The notes under the pieces were generated by a model. That model had not been told where the DNA came from, did no database searches, and saw only the letters and a program-made list of their open reading frames with translations. A stretch of 64,000 bases of DNA from Clostridia bacterium (GTDB taxonomy: Bacteria > Bacillota > Clostridia > Oscillospirales > CAG-272): positions 3,530-67,529 of the forward strand of contig JAFTKO010000012.1 of the NCBI GenBank assembly GCA_017453205.1, read 5' to 3'. The position numbers and the translations under genes were made by a program. Shown piece after piece: positions 8,912 to 21,996 of the stretch. How positions within the stretch are numbered: the stretch's first letter is position 1; the number at the start of each line of letters is the position of its first letter.

Positions 8912-10588
8912 ATGCCGAGTTGCTTGACACTCAAAAAATCCAATTGCAAAAACTGTTATAAATGTATCCGTCACTGTCCCGTCAAAGCCATTCGCTTTTC
9001 GGGGAACCAAGCCCATATCATCGGCAATGAGTGTATTTTGTGCGGACATTGCTTTGTTGTCTGCCCGCAAAACGCCAAGGAGATTGTGGACGGGACCGAA
9101 AAGGTCCGCGTATTTCTGCAAAGCGGCGATCCCGTTTTTGTCAGCTTGGCACCCTCTTTTATTGCCAATTATGACGGTGTTGGCATCGGCGCTATGCGCA
9201 AGGCTTTGAAACAGCTCGGCTTTTACGATGTGGAGGAGACCGCTATCGGCGCTACCATCGTCAAAAACGAGTATGAGCGAATGCTGTGCGAGGATGAACG
9301 CGATGTCATCATTACCTCCTGCTGTCATTCCATCAATTTGCTGATCCAAAAGTATTTTCCCGCGGAGCTCGAGTATCTTGCGGATGTGGTTTCCCCCATG
9401 CAGGCACACTGCGCCGACATCAAAAAGAGATACCCGAACGCCAAGACCGTGTTTATCGGTCCCTGTGTTGCCAAAAAAGACGAGGCAGAGTATTACAGCG
9501 GGATCGTGGATGCCGTGCTGACCTTTGAGGAGCTTACCAACTGGTTAAAGCGCGAGCGAATCGAGCTTGACAGGGAAATGGATGCCGACGAGGAAAGCCG
9601 TGCGCGGTTCTTCCCGACTACGGGCGGCATTCTGAAAACGATGGCGCAAAATGTACCCGGCTATACCTACATGGCACTGGACGGGGTTGAAAACTGCATC
9701 TCTGCGCTCAAGGATATCGAGAGCGGAAGGATCCACAAATGCTTTATCGAAATGTCGGCTTGTTCCGGTAGCTGCATCGGTGGTCCCGTGATGGAGAAAT
9801 ATCACCGTTCTCCCGTCAAGGATTATATGGCGGTGGCGGGTTTTGCGGGAACCAAGGATTTTGACGTGGCACAGCCCAATGCAGTCGAGCTGAAAAAGCA
9901 CTTTACATATATTGAACACAAGCTGTCTCAGCCCACCGAGACCGAGATTGCGGCGGTGCTCCGCCAAATGGGCAAATTCAAGCCCTCGGACGAGCTCAAT
10001 TGCGGCTCCTGTGGGTACAATTCCTGCCGCGAAAAGGCGATTGCCATTTGCCAAGGAAAAGCGGAGAGCTCCATGTGCTTACCCTTCCTCAAGGATAAAG
10101 CCGAGAGCTTTTCGGATACCATCGTCAAAAACACGCCCAACGGTCTTATCGTGCTCAATGAAAATCTCGAGGTTCAGCAGATCAATGACGCCGCGCGCAA
10201 GATCATGAATATCCGTGCGGCATCCGACGTTCTCGGCGAGCCAGTGATCCGCATTCTCGATCCCGCAGGATTTGTACAAGTGCGCAACAGCGGAAGAAGC
10301 ATCAGAGACCAACGCGTCTATCTTGCGGAATACAAGAGATACGTGGAGCAAACCGTGGTTTACGATAAGGATTCGCGCATGCTGGTCGGCATTATGCGCG
10401 ACATCACCGACGAGGAAGCAGAGCGCGAAAAGAAAGAAAGCATCAGCCGTCAAACGGTAGAGGTTGCCGACAAGGTCGTGGAAAAGCAGATGCGTATCGT
10501 ACAGGAGATCGCCTCGCTGCTCGGAGAGACGGCGGCGGAAACCAAGATCGCACTGACCAAGCTGAAGGAGTCGATCGCCGATGAATGA
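8912..10588 (+). CDS. hydS: Sensory [FeFe]-hydrogenase with C-terminal PAS domain (HydS/HfsB type)
   Basis: Two ferredoxin CxxCxxC motifs, TSCCHS, FIGPCVAKK, EMSACSGSCIGG, NCGSCGY FeS domain, PAS region starting TPNGLIVLNEN. Confidence 0.88.
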   Translation: MPSCLTLKKSNCKNCYKCIRHCPVKAIRFSGNQAHIIGNECILCGHCFVVCPQNAKEIVDGTEKVRVFLQSGDPVFVSLAPSFIANYDGVGIGAMRKALKQLGFYDVEETAIGATIVKNEYERMLCEDERDVIITSCCHSINLLIQKYFPAELEYLADVVSPMQAHCADIKKRYPNAKTVFIGPCVAKKDEAEYYSGIVDAVLTFEELTNWLKRERIELDREMDADEESRARFFPTTGGILKTMAQNVPGYTYMALDGVENCISALKDIESGRIHKCFIEMSACSGSCIGGPVMEKYHRSPVKDYMAVAGFAGTKDFDVAQPNAVELKKHFTYIEHKLSQPTETEIAAVLRQMGKFKPSDELNCGSCGYNSCREKAIAICQGKAESSMCLPFLKDKAESFSDTIVKNTPNGLIVLNENLEVQQINDAARKIMNIRAASDVLGEPVIRILDPAGFVQVRNSGRSIRDQRVYLAEYKRYVEQTVVYDKDSRMLVGIMRDITDEEAEREKKESISRQTVEVADKVVEKQMRIVQEIASLLGETAAETKIALTKLKESIADE

Positions 10589-11753
10589 TTTGTGTGCCGA
10601 TATCGGATATAAGAGCATCAATCACTACGGGGAGGAGCTTTGCGGCGACCATGTGGACGTGGTCGAGGAAAACGAAAGCTCTACGGTCATCGTATTGGCG
10701 GACGGACTTGGGAGCGGCGTTAAGGCAAGCATCCTTTCCACGCTGACCTCCAAGATCATTTCCACCATGATGGCGGCTGGACTGGCCATTGAGGAATGCG
10801 TTGCCACCATTGCCGCAACTCTGCCCGTGTGTTCGGTTCGCGGTGTGGCGTATTCCACCTTTACCATCATTCATCTTTTCAACAATGAGATCGCCGAGAT
10901 CATTCAGTACGACAATCCGCAGGTCATTGTTCTGCGTGATGATGTCAACTATGATTATCCCAAAACCGAGATGAACATCGGCGGGAAAAAGATCTATAAA
11001 ACGACACTGAAATTGCGTGAAAATGATATCTTTATCGCCATGAGCGACGGCTGCCCCCACGCGGGGATCGGCGGTATGTACAACTTTGGTTGGAAGCGCG
11101 AGGAGATCATCGGCTACATGGAGGCATTGGCACCCGGCGGCTATACAGCCAAAAATATGTCCACGATCTTGGTGGACGAATGTGAGCGGCTGTACGGCAA
11201 CAAGCCCGGAGACGATACCACGGCTTGCGTGGTCAAGATTCGCAAAAGAGAGCCGATGAACATTCTGTTCGGACCACCCTCCAACCGTGACGATTGCAAC
11301 CGTATGATGTCGCTGTTCTTTTCCAAAGAGGGTAAGCATATTATTTGCGGTGGGACCACCTCGTCGATCGCGGCGAAATATCTCGGTAAGCCCCTCAAGG
11401 CAAGTCTTAATTTTGAACGCTCCGACGTGCCTCCCATTGCGGAGTTGGAGGGTGTGGATCTGGTCACCGAGGGCGTGATCACGGTCAACCGCGTGTTGGA
11501 GTATGCCAAGGATTATCTTGCCGATAACGAGCTGTATGAGCAATGGAGCTTTCAACATGACGGCGCTTCACTCATCAGCCGATTGCTGTTTGAGGAGGCG
11601 ACCGATATCAACTTTTACGTGGGCAGAGCCATTAACCCTGCGCACCAAAATCCCGATCTGCCGATCAATTTCAATATCAAAATGAATCTGGTCGAGGAGC
11701 TTTCGGGTTGCCTCAAGCAGATGGGCAAACGCATCAAAGTCAGTTATTTCTGA
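10581..11753 (+). CDS. SpoIIE/PP2C-family Ser/Thr phosphatase (HfsC-like)
   Basis: CGD, VLADGLGSG, MSDG and GDDTT PP2C motifs. Confidence 0.9.
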   Translation: MNDLCADIGYKSINHYGEELCGDHVDVVEENESSTVIVLADGLGSGVKASILSTLTSKIISTMMAAGLAIEECVATIAATLPVCSVRGVAYSTFTIIHLFNNEIAEIIQYDNPQVIVLRDDVNYDYPKTEMNIGGKKIYKTTLKLRENDIFIAMSDGCPHAGIGGMYNFGWKREEIIGYMEALAPGGYTAKNMSTILVDECERLYGNKPGDDTTACVVKIRKREPMNILFGPPSNRDDCNRMMSLFFSKEGKHIICGGTTSSIAAKYLGKPLKASLNFERSDVPPIAELEGVDLVTEGVITVNRVLEYAKDYLADNELYEQWSFQHDGASLISRLLFEEATDINFYVGRAINPAHQNPDLPINFNIKMNLVEELSGCLKQMGKRIKVSYF

Positions 11754-11767
11754 GGAGGAACGAAACA

Positions 11768-13189
11768 ATGCGCAAATTTGATACCAAGGTACAGCATTTA
11801 AAATATAAGGTTTTACGCGAGGTCGCAAGACAGGCGTGGAACGATACGCTTTTGGAAAACGTGCTGGAAATCCCCAAAACCATCGTTCCCGGAAAGACCT
11901 CCACCATGCGTTGCTGTGTGTATAAGGAACGCGCCATTCTTGCCGAGCGTGTTAAGATCGCCATGGGCGGTGACAAGGAAAATCCCAACGTCATCGAAGT
12001 CATTGACATTGCCTGTGACGAGTGTCCCGCCGCGGGGTATGAGGTAACCGACTCCTGCCGCGGCTGTCTTGCACACCGTTGTGAGGACGTCTGCAAGCGC
12101 GGTGCCATTTCGTTTGACCATAACCACGTGGCGCATATCGATAAGACCAAGTGCGTGGAGTGCGGGCAGTGCGCAAATGTTTGCCCCTATTCGGCAATCG
12201 TCAACCGCAAGCGCCCCTGTCAGGTGGCGTGCAAGGTCAAGGCAATCTCCATCAACGAGGACAATGCCGCGTCCATTGATAACCACAAATGTATTCAGTG
12301 CGGTGCCTGTGTGTACCAATGCCCGTTTGGCGCGATCACCGATAAATCCTTTATTCTCAATGTCATTGATTTCTTAAAAAAGAGCAACGCCAATCAAAAA
12401 TACAAGGTCTACGCCATGGTGGCACCCTCGATTTCGAGCCAGTTCAGTTATGCGAAGCTGGGGCAGGTCATTACGGGACTGAAAGAGCTTGGCTTCTTCA
12501 CCGTCATCGAGGCGGCGCTGGGCGCGGATATGGTGGCGCAAGCCGAGTCCCGAGAGCTTGCCGAAAAGGGCTTTTTGACCAGCTCCTGCTGTCCCGCATT
12601 CGTAGCGTATATCAAGTCGGCTTTTCCGGGACTGTTGCAGTATGTATCTCACAATCTCTCTCCCATGGCAACGCTTGCCAAGTACATCAAGGAGACGACC
12701 GAAAACGCCAAGGTCATTTTTATCGGTCCTTGCACGGCAAAAAAAGCCGAGGCACAGCTGGAAACGGTCAAGCCTTATGTGGATGCGGTTTTGACGTTTG
12801 AAGAACTGCAAGCGTTGTTTGACAGCCGTGATATCGATATCACCACATTGGAAGAGGGTGTGCTCGATAACGCTTCTTACTTCGGACGTATTTTTGCACG
12901 TTCCGGTGGGCTATCCGATGCGGTGGCGCAGGGCTTGAAGGAGCAAAACATTGATTTTGATCTCAAAGCGGTTCCGTGCGACGGCATTGAGGCTTGCCGT
13001 ATGGCATTACTGAAAAAGAGTAAGAATGTGCTTGACGGCAACTTTATCGAGGGTATGGCTTGTATCGGCGGTTGTATCGGCGGTGCGGGTTGTCTTACCC
13101 ATGGAGAAAAGAACAAAGCCGAGGTCGACAAATACGGACGTGAAGCATTGGAAAAGACCATTGGCGGTGCCGTGTCAATGTTGACTTAA
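11768..13189 (+). CDS. Ferredoxin-type monomeric [FeFe]-hydrogenase (HfsD/HydA2-like, group B)
   Basis: Several 4Fe-4S motifs, TSSCCPAF, FIGPCTAKK, EGMACIGGCIGG H-cluster motifs; ATG after gaggagg. Confidence 0.88.
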   Translation: MRKFDTKVQHLKYKVLREVARQAWNDTLLENVLEIPKTIVPGKTSTMRCCVYKERAILAERVKIAMGGDKENPNVIEVIDIACDECPAAGYEVTDSCRGCLAHRCEDVCKRGAISFDHNHVAHIDKTKCVECGQCANVCPYSAIVNRKRPCQVACKVKAISINEDNAASIDNHKCIQCGACVYQCPFGAITDKSFILNVIDFLKKSNANQKYKVYAMVAPSISSQFSYAKLGQVITGLKELGFFTVIEAALGADMVAQAESRELAEKGFLTSSCCPAFVAYIKSAFPGLLQYVSHNLSPMATLAKYIKETTENAKVIFIGPCTAKKAEAQLETVKPYVDAVLTFEELQALFDSRDIDITTLEEGVLDNASYFGRIFARSGGLSDAVAQGLKEQNIDFDLKAVPCDGIEACRMALLKKSKNVLDGNFIEGMACIGGCIGGAGCLTHGEKNKAEVDKYGREALEKTIGGAVSMLT

Positions 13190-13258
13190 TGCGTCATATT
13201 CGCTCAAAATAGGTAGGCTTGTTATGGCAAAGTAGCTTTTCCCTTTTTGAATCAAATA

Positions 13259-13292
13259 TCCCCCGAAAGCTTTTTCCTAAGCTTTCGGGGGA
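13259..13292. terminator. Bidirectional terminator between hydrogenase and beta-galactosidase genes
   Basis: tcccccgaaagctt/aagctttcggggga hairpin between convergent genes. Confidence 0.8.
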
Positions 13293-13300
13293 CTTTTCTG

Positions 13301-16471
<3,171 letters not shown>

Positions 16472-16576
16472 TTATTATGTCATACTTTTTTACTTTTGTC
16501 AAGAGGTTTTAAAAAAGAGACGCAAAAAACCAAAAATATCTTAAAAAATGAAAAGCGCTTCGGCTTCAATGCATAC

Positions 16577-16605
16577 AAAAAAGACATCCCGAAAGATGTC
16601 TTTTT
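16577..16605 (-). terminator. Terminator after csp
   Basis: aaaaagacatc...gatgtcttttt hairpin. Confidence 0.75.
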
Positions 16606-16617
16606 GGGGGGCTTGGC

Positions 16618-16830
16618 TCAAGCGAGGCAAACATTCACAGCGCGGAGCTTTGCACTGTTTTTGGGATCGGGCTCGGTGTCAAACGTCACCTTCTGACCTT
16701 CGGTAAGCGTCTTAAAGCCATCGATTTGAATTGCGGAGAAGTGAACGAACACATCGTCACCGCCCTCATCGTTGGAAATAAAGCCGTAGCCCTTTTCCGC
16801 GTTGAACCATTTTACTGTACCTTTGTTCAT
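16618..16830 (-). CDS. cspA: Cold-shock protein (CspA family)
   Basis: [15 protein letters not shown] (RNP1) and VFVHFSAI (RNP2); ATG after aggagg. Confidence 0.95.
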   Translation of the reverse strand: MNKGTVKWFNAEKGYGFISNDEGGDDVFVHFSAIQIDGFKTLTEGQKVTFDTEPDPKNSAKLRAVNVCLA

Positions 16831-17001
16831 TGTCGGGTACCTCCTGATAAAAATGTGTACCCGGAAAAAAACAGGGCCCACAATTTCGCGCATCGTTCAT
16901 CATGATCCGCAAAGCTGTGAGACCAAGGATAATTATCTCGAATACGATATAAGTATATCACAAAAAACGCAAGAAGTCAAGAGTTTTTTGAAAAAAGAAA
17001 A

Positions 17002-17032
17002 GGGAAGAAGTACCCAAGGGGCACTTCTTCCC
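17002..17032 (-). terminator. Terminator after gap
   Basis: gggaagaagt...acttcttccc hairpin with A-rich flank (U-tail on minus strand). Confidence 0.75.
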
Positions 17033-17059
17033 AAAATTTTAAATTTGCCTGTTCGGAAC

Positions 17060-18079
17060 TCAAGCGAGCTCAGCGAAATACTTAATGGTGCGAACCATCT
17101 GGCTGGTGTAGGAGTTCTCGTTGTCGTACCAAGAAACAACCTGTACCTGATAGGTATCGTCATCGATCTTAGCAACCATGGTCTGAGTTGCATCGAACAG
17201 AGAACCGTAACGCATACCGATTACGTCGGAGGAAACGATCTCGTCGGTGTTGTAACCAAAGGACTCGCTGGAAGCTGCCTTCATAGCGGCGTTGATGCCC
17301 TCAACGGTGATATCCTTGCCCTTTACAACGGCTACCAAAATGGTGGTGGAACCGGTGCAGGTAGGAACGCGCTGAGCGGAACCGATGAGCTTGCCGTTCA
17401 GTTCGGGGATAACAAGACCGATTGCCTTAGCGGCGCCGGTGGAGTTGGGAACGATGTTCTGTGCGCCTGCACGTGCACGGCGGAGGTCACCCTTTCTGTG
17501 AGGACCGTCCAAAATCATTTGGTCACCGGTGTAAGCATGAACAGTGGTCATGATACCGGACTGGATGGGTGCGTAGTCGTTGAGTGCCTTAGCCATGGGA
17601 GCGAGGCAGTTGGTGGTGCAGGATGCTGCGGAGATGATCTTGTCATCTGCGGTCAGCGTGTTCTCATTTACAGAGTAAACGATGGTCTTGAGGTCCTTGC
17701 CTGCGGGAGCGGAGATAACAACCTTCTTTGCACCTGCGTTGATGTGAGCCATGGACTTCTCGGTGGAGCAGTAGAAACCGGTGCACTCGAGAACAACGTC
17801 TACACCAAGAGCGCCCCAAGGGCAGTTTGCAGCGTCTTTCTCTGCATAGATCTTGATGTTCTTACCGTTTACGGTGATGCTGTCATCATCTGCGGAAACG
17901 GTGTCAGCCAGAGCGTACTTGCCCTGTGCGGAGTCGTACTTGAGAAGGTGAGCGAGCATTTTGGGGCTTGTCAAGTCGTTGATTGCAACTACCTCATAAC
18001 CCTCTGCACCGAACATCTGACGGAAAGCCAGACGACCGATACGACCGAAACCGTTGATCGCAACTTTTACGTTTGCCAT
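17060..18079 (-). CDS. gap: Type I glyceraldehyde-3-phosphate dehydrogenase
   Basis: [24 protein letters not shown]. Confidence 0.99.
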   Translation of the reverse strand: MANVKVAINGFGRIGRLAFRQMFGAEGYEVVAINDLTSPKMLAHLLKYDSAQGKYALADTVSADDDSITVNGKNIKIYAEKDAANCPWGALGVDVVLECTGFYCSTEKSMAHINAGAKKVVISAPAGKDLKTIVYSVNENTLTADDKIISAASCTTNCLAPMAKALNDYAPIQSGIMTTVHAYTGDQMILDGPHRKGDLRRARAGAQNIVPNSTGAAKAIGLVIPELNGKLIGSAQRVPTCTGSTTILVAVVKGKDITVEGINAAMKAASSESFGYNTDEIVSSDVIGMRYGSLFDATQTMVAKIDDDTYQVQVVSWYDNENSYTSQMVRTIKYFAELA

Positions 18080-18399
18080 TGGAATAATCCTCCGTGTTTA
18101 TATAAATTTTTGTTACCTGATGGCAGGAAAGTATTTCTTTCCATTCATTATATATTTTAACTCATTTTTCGCAAATATACAAGCCCTTTGACGAAAATTT
18201 ATCAATTTTGTAACAATCAATTTAAATTAGCAAAAAAAGGAGCCGATCTGTGTGCATTTTGCGAATGGTTTTTGTCGTGTTTTTGCAAAAAAACAAGGGG
18301 ATGTTTCGGTAAGCCGTAAAAGATATGTGATAACATCTTGACAAAAAGCGGTTTTCGGTGTAAAATAGAAAGGTAGAAAAAATTCCAAAGGAGATTTTT

Positions 18400-19368
18400 A
18401 TGCGTGAATTATACCCTTTGCAGCTTTGCGGTGTGACCAAATCCCCGATTTGGGGCGGCACACGCTTGCTTCGTGACTGGAACAAGACCTCTGCCGCATC
18501 CACCGTCGGTGAGAGCTGGGAGCTGACCGTGCGCACACAGGAAAAATGCGTAGTCACCAACGGCACTCTCGGCGGTAAGACCTTGGACGAGGTCATCAAG
18601 GCTTACGGTACCGCCGTGACGGGCGGCGGTTTTGGCGCGGGAGATTTCCCGTTGCTGATCAAGCTGATCGACGCCGAAGATGATCTGTCGGTACAGGTAC
18701 ATCCCGACGATGCGTATGCCGCGCGTGTGGAGAACGACCGCGGAAAGACCGAGATGTGGTACATCGTTGACGCCGCCCCGGGTGCCGAACTGATTTGCGG
18801 TCTTGCGGACGGTGTGAGTCGGGAGGATTACGCCAATGCGGTCAAGGCGGGCGATGTGATGTCGGCGCTCAAACGTCAGCCCGTTCGGGTGGGGGAGACC
18901 TATTTTATCCCCGCAGGTCTGCCGCACGCCATCGGCAAGGGGATTCTCATCGCCGAGATTCAGCAGAACTGTGATCGAACCTATCGCGTTTACGATTACG
19001 ACCGCCGTCAGCCCGATGGCAGTCTGCGCGAGCTGCATGTGGAAAAGGCGCTGGATGTCATTCGTCCCTTTACCGATGCCGAGATCGATGCTATCCGTTA
19101 TTCCAAGGTGAACGGCGTGTATGATCGCAAGCGTTTGTTGGCACATTGTGACTTCTTCCGTGTGGAAAAGCTGACGCTGAGTGCCGATGCGGAACCGATT
19201 TCCGATGGAAGCATGAGACACATTCTCTGTCTCTCCGGCAAGGCACAACTGGCGTATCACGGTGAGACCTACACGGTGACACGCGGAGATAGCTGGCTGC
19301 TCCCCGCAAGTCTTACGAACGTGACCGCCACGGGTGACGCGACATTGCTTTTGTCATCGGTGGGATAA
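18400..19368 (+). CDS. manA: Class I mannose-6-phosphate isomerase
   Basis: IWGG, GESWE, FPLLIKLIDA, LSVQVHP, GKTEMW, PAGLPHAIG, EIQQ. Confidence 0.92.
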   Translation: MRELYPLQLCGVTKSPIWGGTRLLRDWNKTSAASTVGESWELTVRTQEKCVVTNGTLGGKTLDEVIKAYGTAVTGGGFGAGDFPLLIKLIDAEDDLSVQVHPDDAYAARVENDRGKTEMWYIVDAAPGAELICGLADGVSREDYANAVKAGDVMSALKRQPVRVGETYFIPAGLPHAIGKGILIAEIQQNCDRTYRVYDYDRRQPDGSLRELHVEKALDVIRPFTDAEIDAIRYSKVNGVYDRKRLLAHCDFFRVEKLTLSADAEPISDGSMRHILCLSGKAQLAYHGETYTVTRGDSWLLPASLTNVTATGDATLLLSSVG

Positions 19369-19382
19369 CTTTTCATATTAGT

Positions 19383-19416
19383 AAAAATCACCGCCGTTTG
19401 ATAGGCGGTGATTTTT
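19383..19416. terminator. Bidirectional terminator
   Basis: aaaaatcaccgcc...ggcggtgattttt between convergent genes. Confidence 0.85.
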
Positions 19417-19439
19417 GTTATTTTTAAAGCTCGTTAACC

Positions 19440-20798
19440 TTAAATATTAATCACTCCAAAAGCGCTGAGCACCGAGGAAAGGAGAATGAGGAGAATACAG
19501 ATGGGGGCGATATAACGGATGGTCACAGAGAAAAATTTCTTTTGTTTAAATTCTCCCGTCAATTCGATCTCATCGATCACGGCTTTTGGTTTTATGAAAT
19601 ATCCAACAAACAAGCAGGTTATAAAAGCGACTACCGGCATCAATACGCTATTGCTGATAAAATCAAAGAAATCAAGCACTTGCATACCGATAATCTTAAA
19701 CTCACTCCATGCACTGTAGCCGAGTGAGGAGGGAATACCGAGGAGCAAAGCACCTGCGAGGACAATGAGACAGCAAGACTTTCTGCCGATGGTAAGCTTG
19801 TCGCAAAGGATGGATACCACGGTCTCCATTAGGGATATGGCAGAGGTCAAGGCCGCAAAGAATACCATGACAAAGAACACGGCACCGATCAAATTTCCCG
19901 CTGGCATGGTGTCAAAAATCTTGGGGAGCGTGACAAACATCAGTCCGGGACCCTGCCCGAGCGCCGATTCGTCGCCGCCCGAAAATGCAAACACTGCGGG
20001 GATGATCATCAGTCCTGCGAGAAAAGCGACGCCGGTGTCAAAGATCTCGATCTGATGCACCGATTTTTCAATGCTGATATCCTTTTTCATATAGGAGCCG
20101 TAGGTGATCATAATGCCCATTGCCAACGACATCGAGTAAAAGAGCTGTCCCAGCGCGGCGACCACGGTCATCCCCGAGAGCTTGGAAAAGTCGGGCTTGA
20201 GATAATAGATCACACCCTCCCAAGCGCCATCCGTCGTGCACACGGTGTAAATGACGATAAAAACAATCAGTACGACCAGTAGGGGCATGATAAATTTGCT
20301 GACCTTCTCCACGCCCTTTTCCACGCCGCAAAAAACGATGACCGCGGTGAGGGCAATGAAGAGCGCGAACCAAAACAGCGGTTCTCCTACTGTCCCGATA
20401 TAGTTGGAAAAGTAGTCACTCTGCGCCATTGCGGAGGCATTGCCCGAAGCAAAACCGAAAATATATTTCATCACCCAACCGCCGATGACCGCGTAGTAGG
20501 GCAGAATGATCATGGGGACGATCGACGCAAGCACACCGACAAACGAAAACCGCTTGTCAAGCGCCTTGAACGCACCGATGGCGCTAAGCTGTGTTTTGCG
20601 TCCGATGGCGATCTCCGCAACCATGAGGGCAAACCCAAAGGTGACCGCCAATGCGATATAGACCAGCAGAAAGATTCCGCCGCCGTATTTTGCCGCGAGA
20701 TAGGGGAAGCGCCAAATATTTCCCAACCCCACAGCCGACCCCGCCGCTGCGAGGACAAACCCGATCTTTCCCGTAAAGGAACTTCTTTTTTCGCTCAT
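19440..20798 (-). CDS. Sodium-dependent transporter, NSS/SNF family
   Basis: AGSAVGLGNIWRFPY, QLFYSMSLAMG, GPGLMFVTLP; multiple TMs. Confidence 0.95.
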   Translation of the reverse strand: MSEKRSSFTGKIGFVLAAAGSAVGLGNIWRFPYLAAKYGGGIFLLVYIALAVTFGFALMVAEIAIGRKTQLSAIGAFKALDKRFSFVGVLASIVPMIILPYYAVIGGWVMKYIFGFASGNASAMAQSDYFSNYIGTVGEPLFWFALFIALTAVIVFCGVEKGVEKVSKFIMPLLVVLIVFIVIYTVCTTDGAWEGVIYYLKPDFSKLSGMTVVAALGQLFYSMSLAMGIMITYGSYMKKDISIEKSVHQIEIFDTGVAFLAGLMIIPAVFAFSGGDESALGQGPGLMFVTLPKIFDTMPAGNLIGAVFFVMVFFAALTSAISLMETVVSILCDKLTIGRKSCCLIVLAGALLLGIPSSLGYSAWSEFKIIGMQVLDFFDFISNSVLMPVVAFITCLFVGYFIKPKAVIDEIELTGEFKQKKFFSVTIRYIAPICILLILLSSVLSAFGVINI

Positions 20799-21022
20799 GT
20801 TTTACTCCACTTTCGTTGCTGTTAAATTTTATTGGGTCAAAGTGCCTTGGCATTAGTATACCATAGAATGTGCAAATTGTCAAGAAAAAAGAGATGGAGA
20901 AAATAAACGAATTTTATTGCAAAAGCCAATACGAAGGAGCTTGCCGAGCTGATCGAATTTGAATGGTTTGAGGCATACGAATTGCCTATGGCTTCAACAA
21001 AACCAAATAAGCCAAATCTCTT

Positions 21023-21745
21023 TTATCCTTCAAACGTCTTTGCGGCGGCTGTGAGGCTGTAATTTTGAGAGCCTATGCTGATCAATTCCCACTGCTCGGC
21101 GCTACCCGTGTAGCTGATGCGGGAAAGATTGACGCACCGATAAAACGCCATGTCGGCGATTTTTGTGGTGACAGCGCGGATGGTCGCGCTTGAGCCCGCA
21201 CGCATGGGTGGATAGAGAAACAGTGTTGTCATGTCTGCGGAATAAAGAACACCGTCTACATCGCGGTAATTGGGGTTGGCGGGGCTGACCGATATGTAGG
21301 CAAGATTTTTGCAGTCGGCAAAGGCGAGCTTTCCGATATTTGTAACCGATGCGGGGATCTGTACGGCGGTGACTGTGGCACAGTTGTAAAATGCCATGGT
21401 GGCGATCTCGGTGACAAGCTCTCCGACGGGAGAATATTCGGGGATGACCACGCTGGCATCGGTGCAATTTCCAATGCCGGAGAGCACACAGGTGCCGTCC
21501 CCGTTGCTTGCAAACCGCAGACCGTTGCCAAGGTCGGGGACGGGAGCTTCGGTTTCGGGCGGTTGTGTTTCCGCATCTCCGGGGAGCGCATCGGATAGGG
21601 GTTCTGATGAGGCGGAGCCGCTTTCCGTCGGTTCTGCGGGCGCTTCTTTGATGTATGAGACGCAGACCAAAGCAACCGTCAAAGCCAATGCCATGGCAAA
21701 GGCGATGGCAAGGACGATCATCATCATTTGCGAGTGAGACCTCAT
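21023..21745 (-). CDS. Membrane-anchored leucine-rich-repeat (BspA/TpLRR-like) protein
   Basis: N-terminal TM, P/E/T linker, IPASVTNIGKLAFADCKNL repeats, DGVLYS motif. Confidence 0.82.
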   Translation of the reverse strand: MRSHSQMMMIVLAIAFAMALALTVALVCVSYIKEAPAEPTESGSASSEPLSDALPGDAETQPPETEAPVPDLGNGLRFASNGDGTCVLSGIGNCTDASVVIPEYSPVGELVTEIATMAFYNCATVTAVQIPASVTNIGKLAFADCKNLAYISVSPANPNYRDVDGVLYSADMTTLFLYPPMRAGSSATIRAVTTKIADMAFYRCVNLSRISYTGSAEQWELISIGSQNYSLTAAAKTFEG

Positions 21746-21996
21746 GACACTTTCCTTTCTTTTTTCGTTCCTTTTTATTTTTATTATGACATATTTTGAT
21801 GTGTTCGTCAAGAAAAATCGTGACCGACAAAACGACACAAAAAAACAGCCAACGGCAACGCGCGGGGAGATTTTGGAGGATTGCCGACGGAAAACGCCTA
21901 TCCTTGCCTTTTTGAGGCGAATTGTTTTTTGCATACTTGACTTTAGCGGCAATCTGTGATACAATTGTTTATGAGAAAAAAGAAGGGAAAAGAGAT

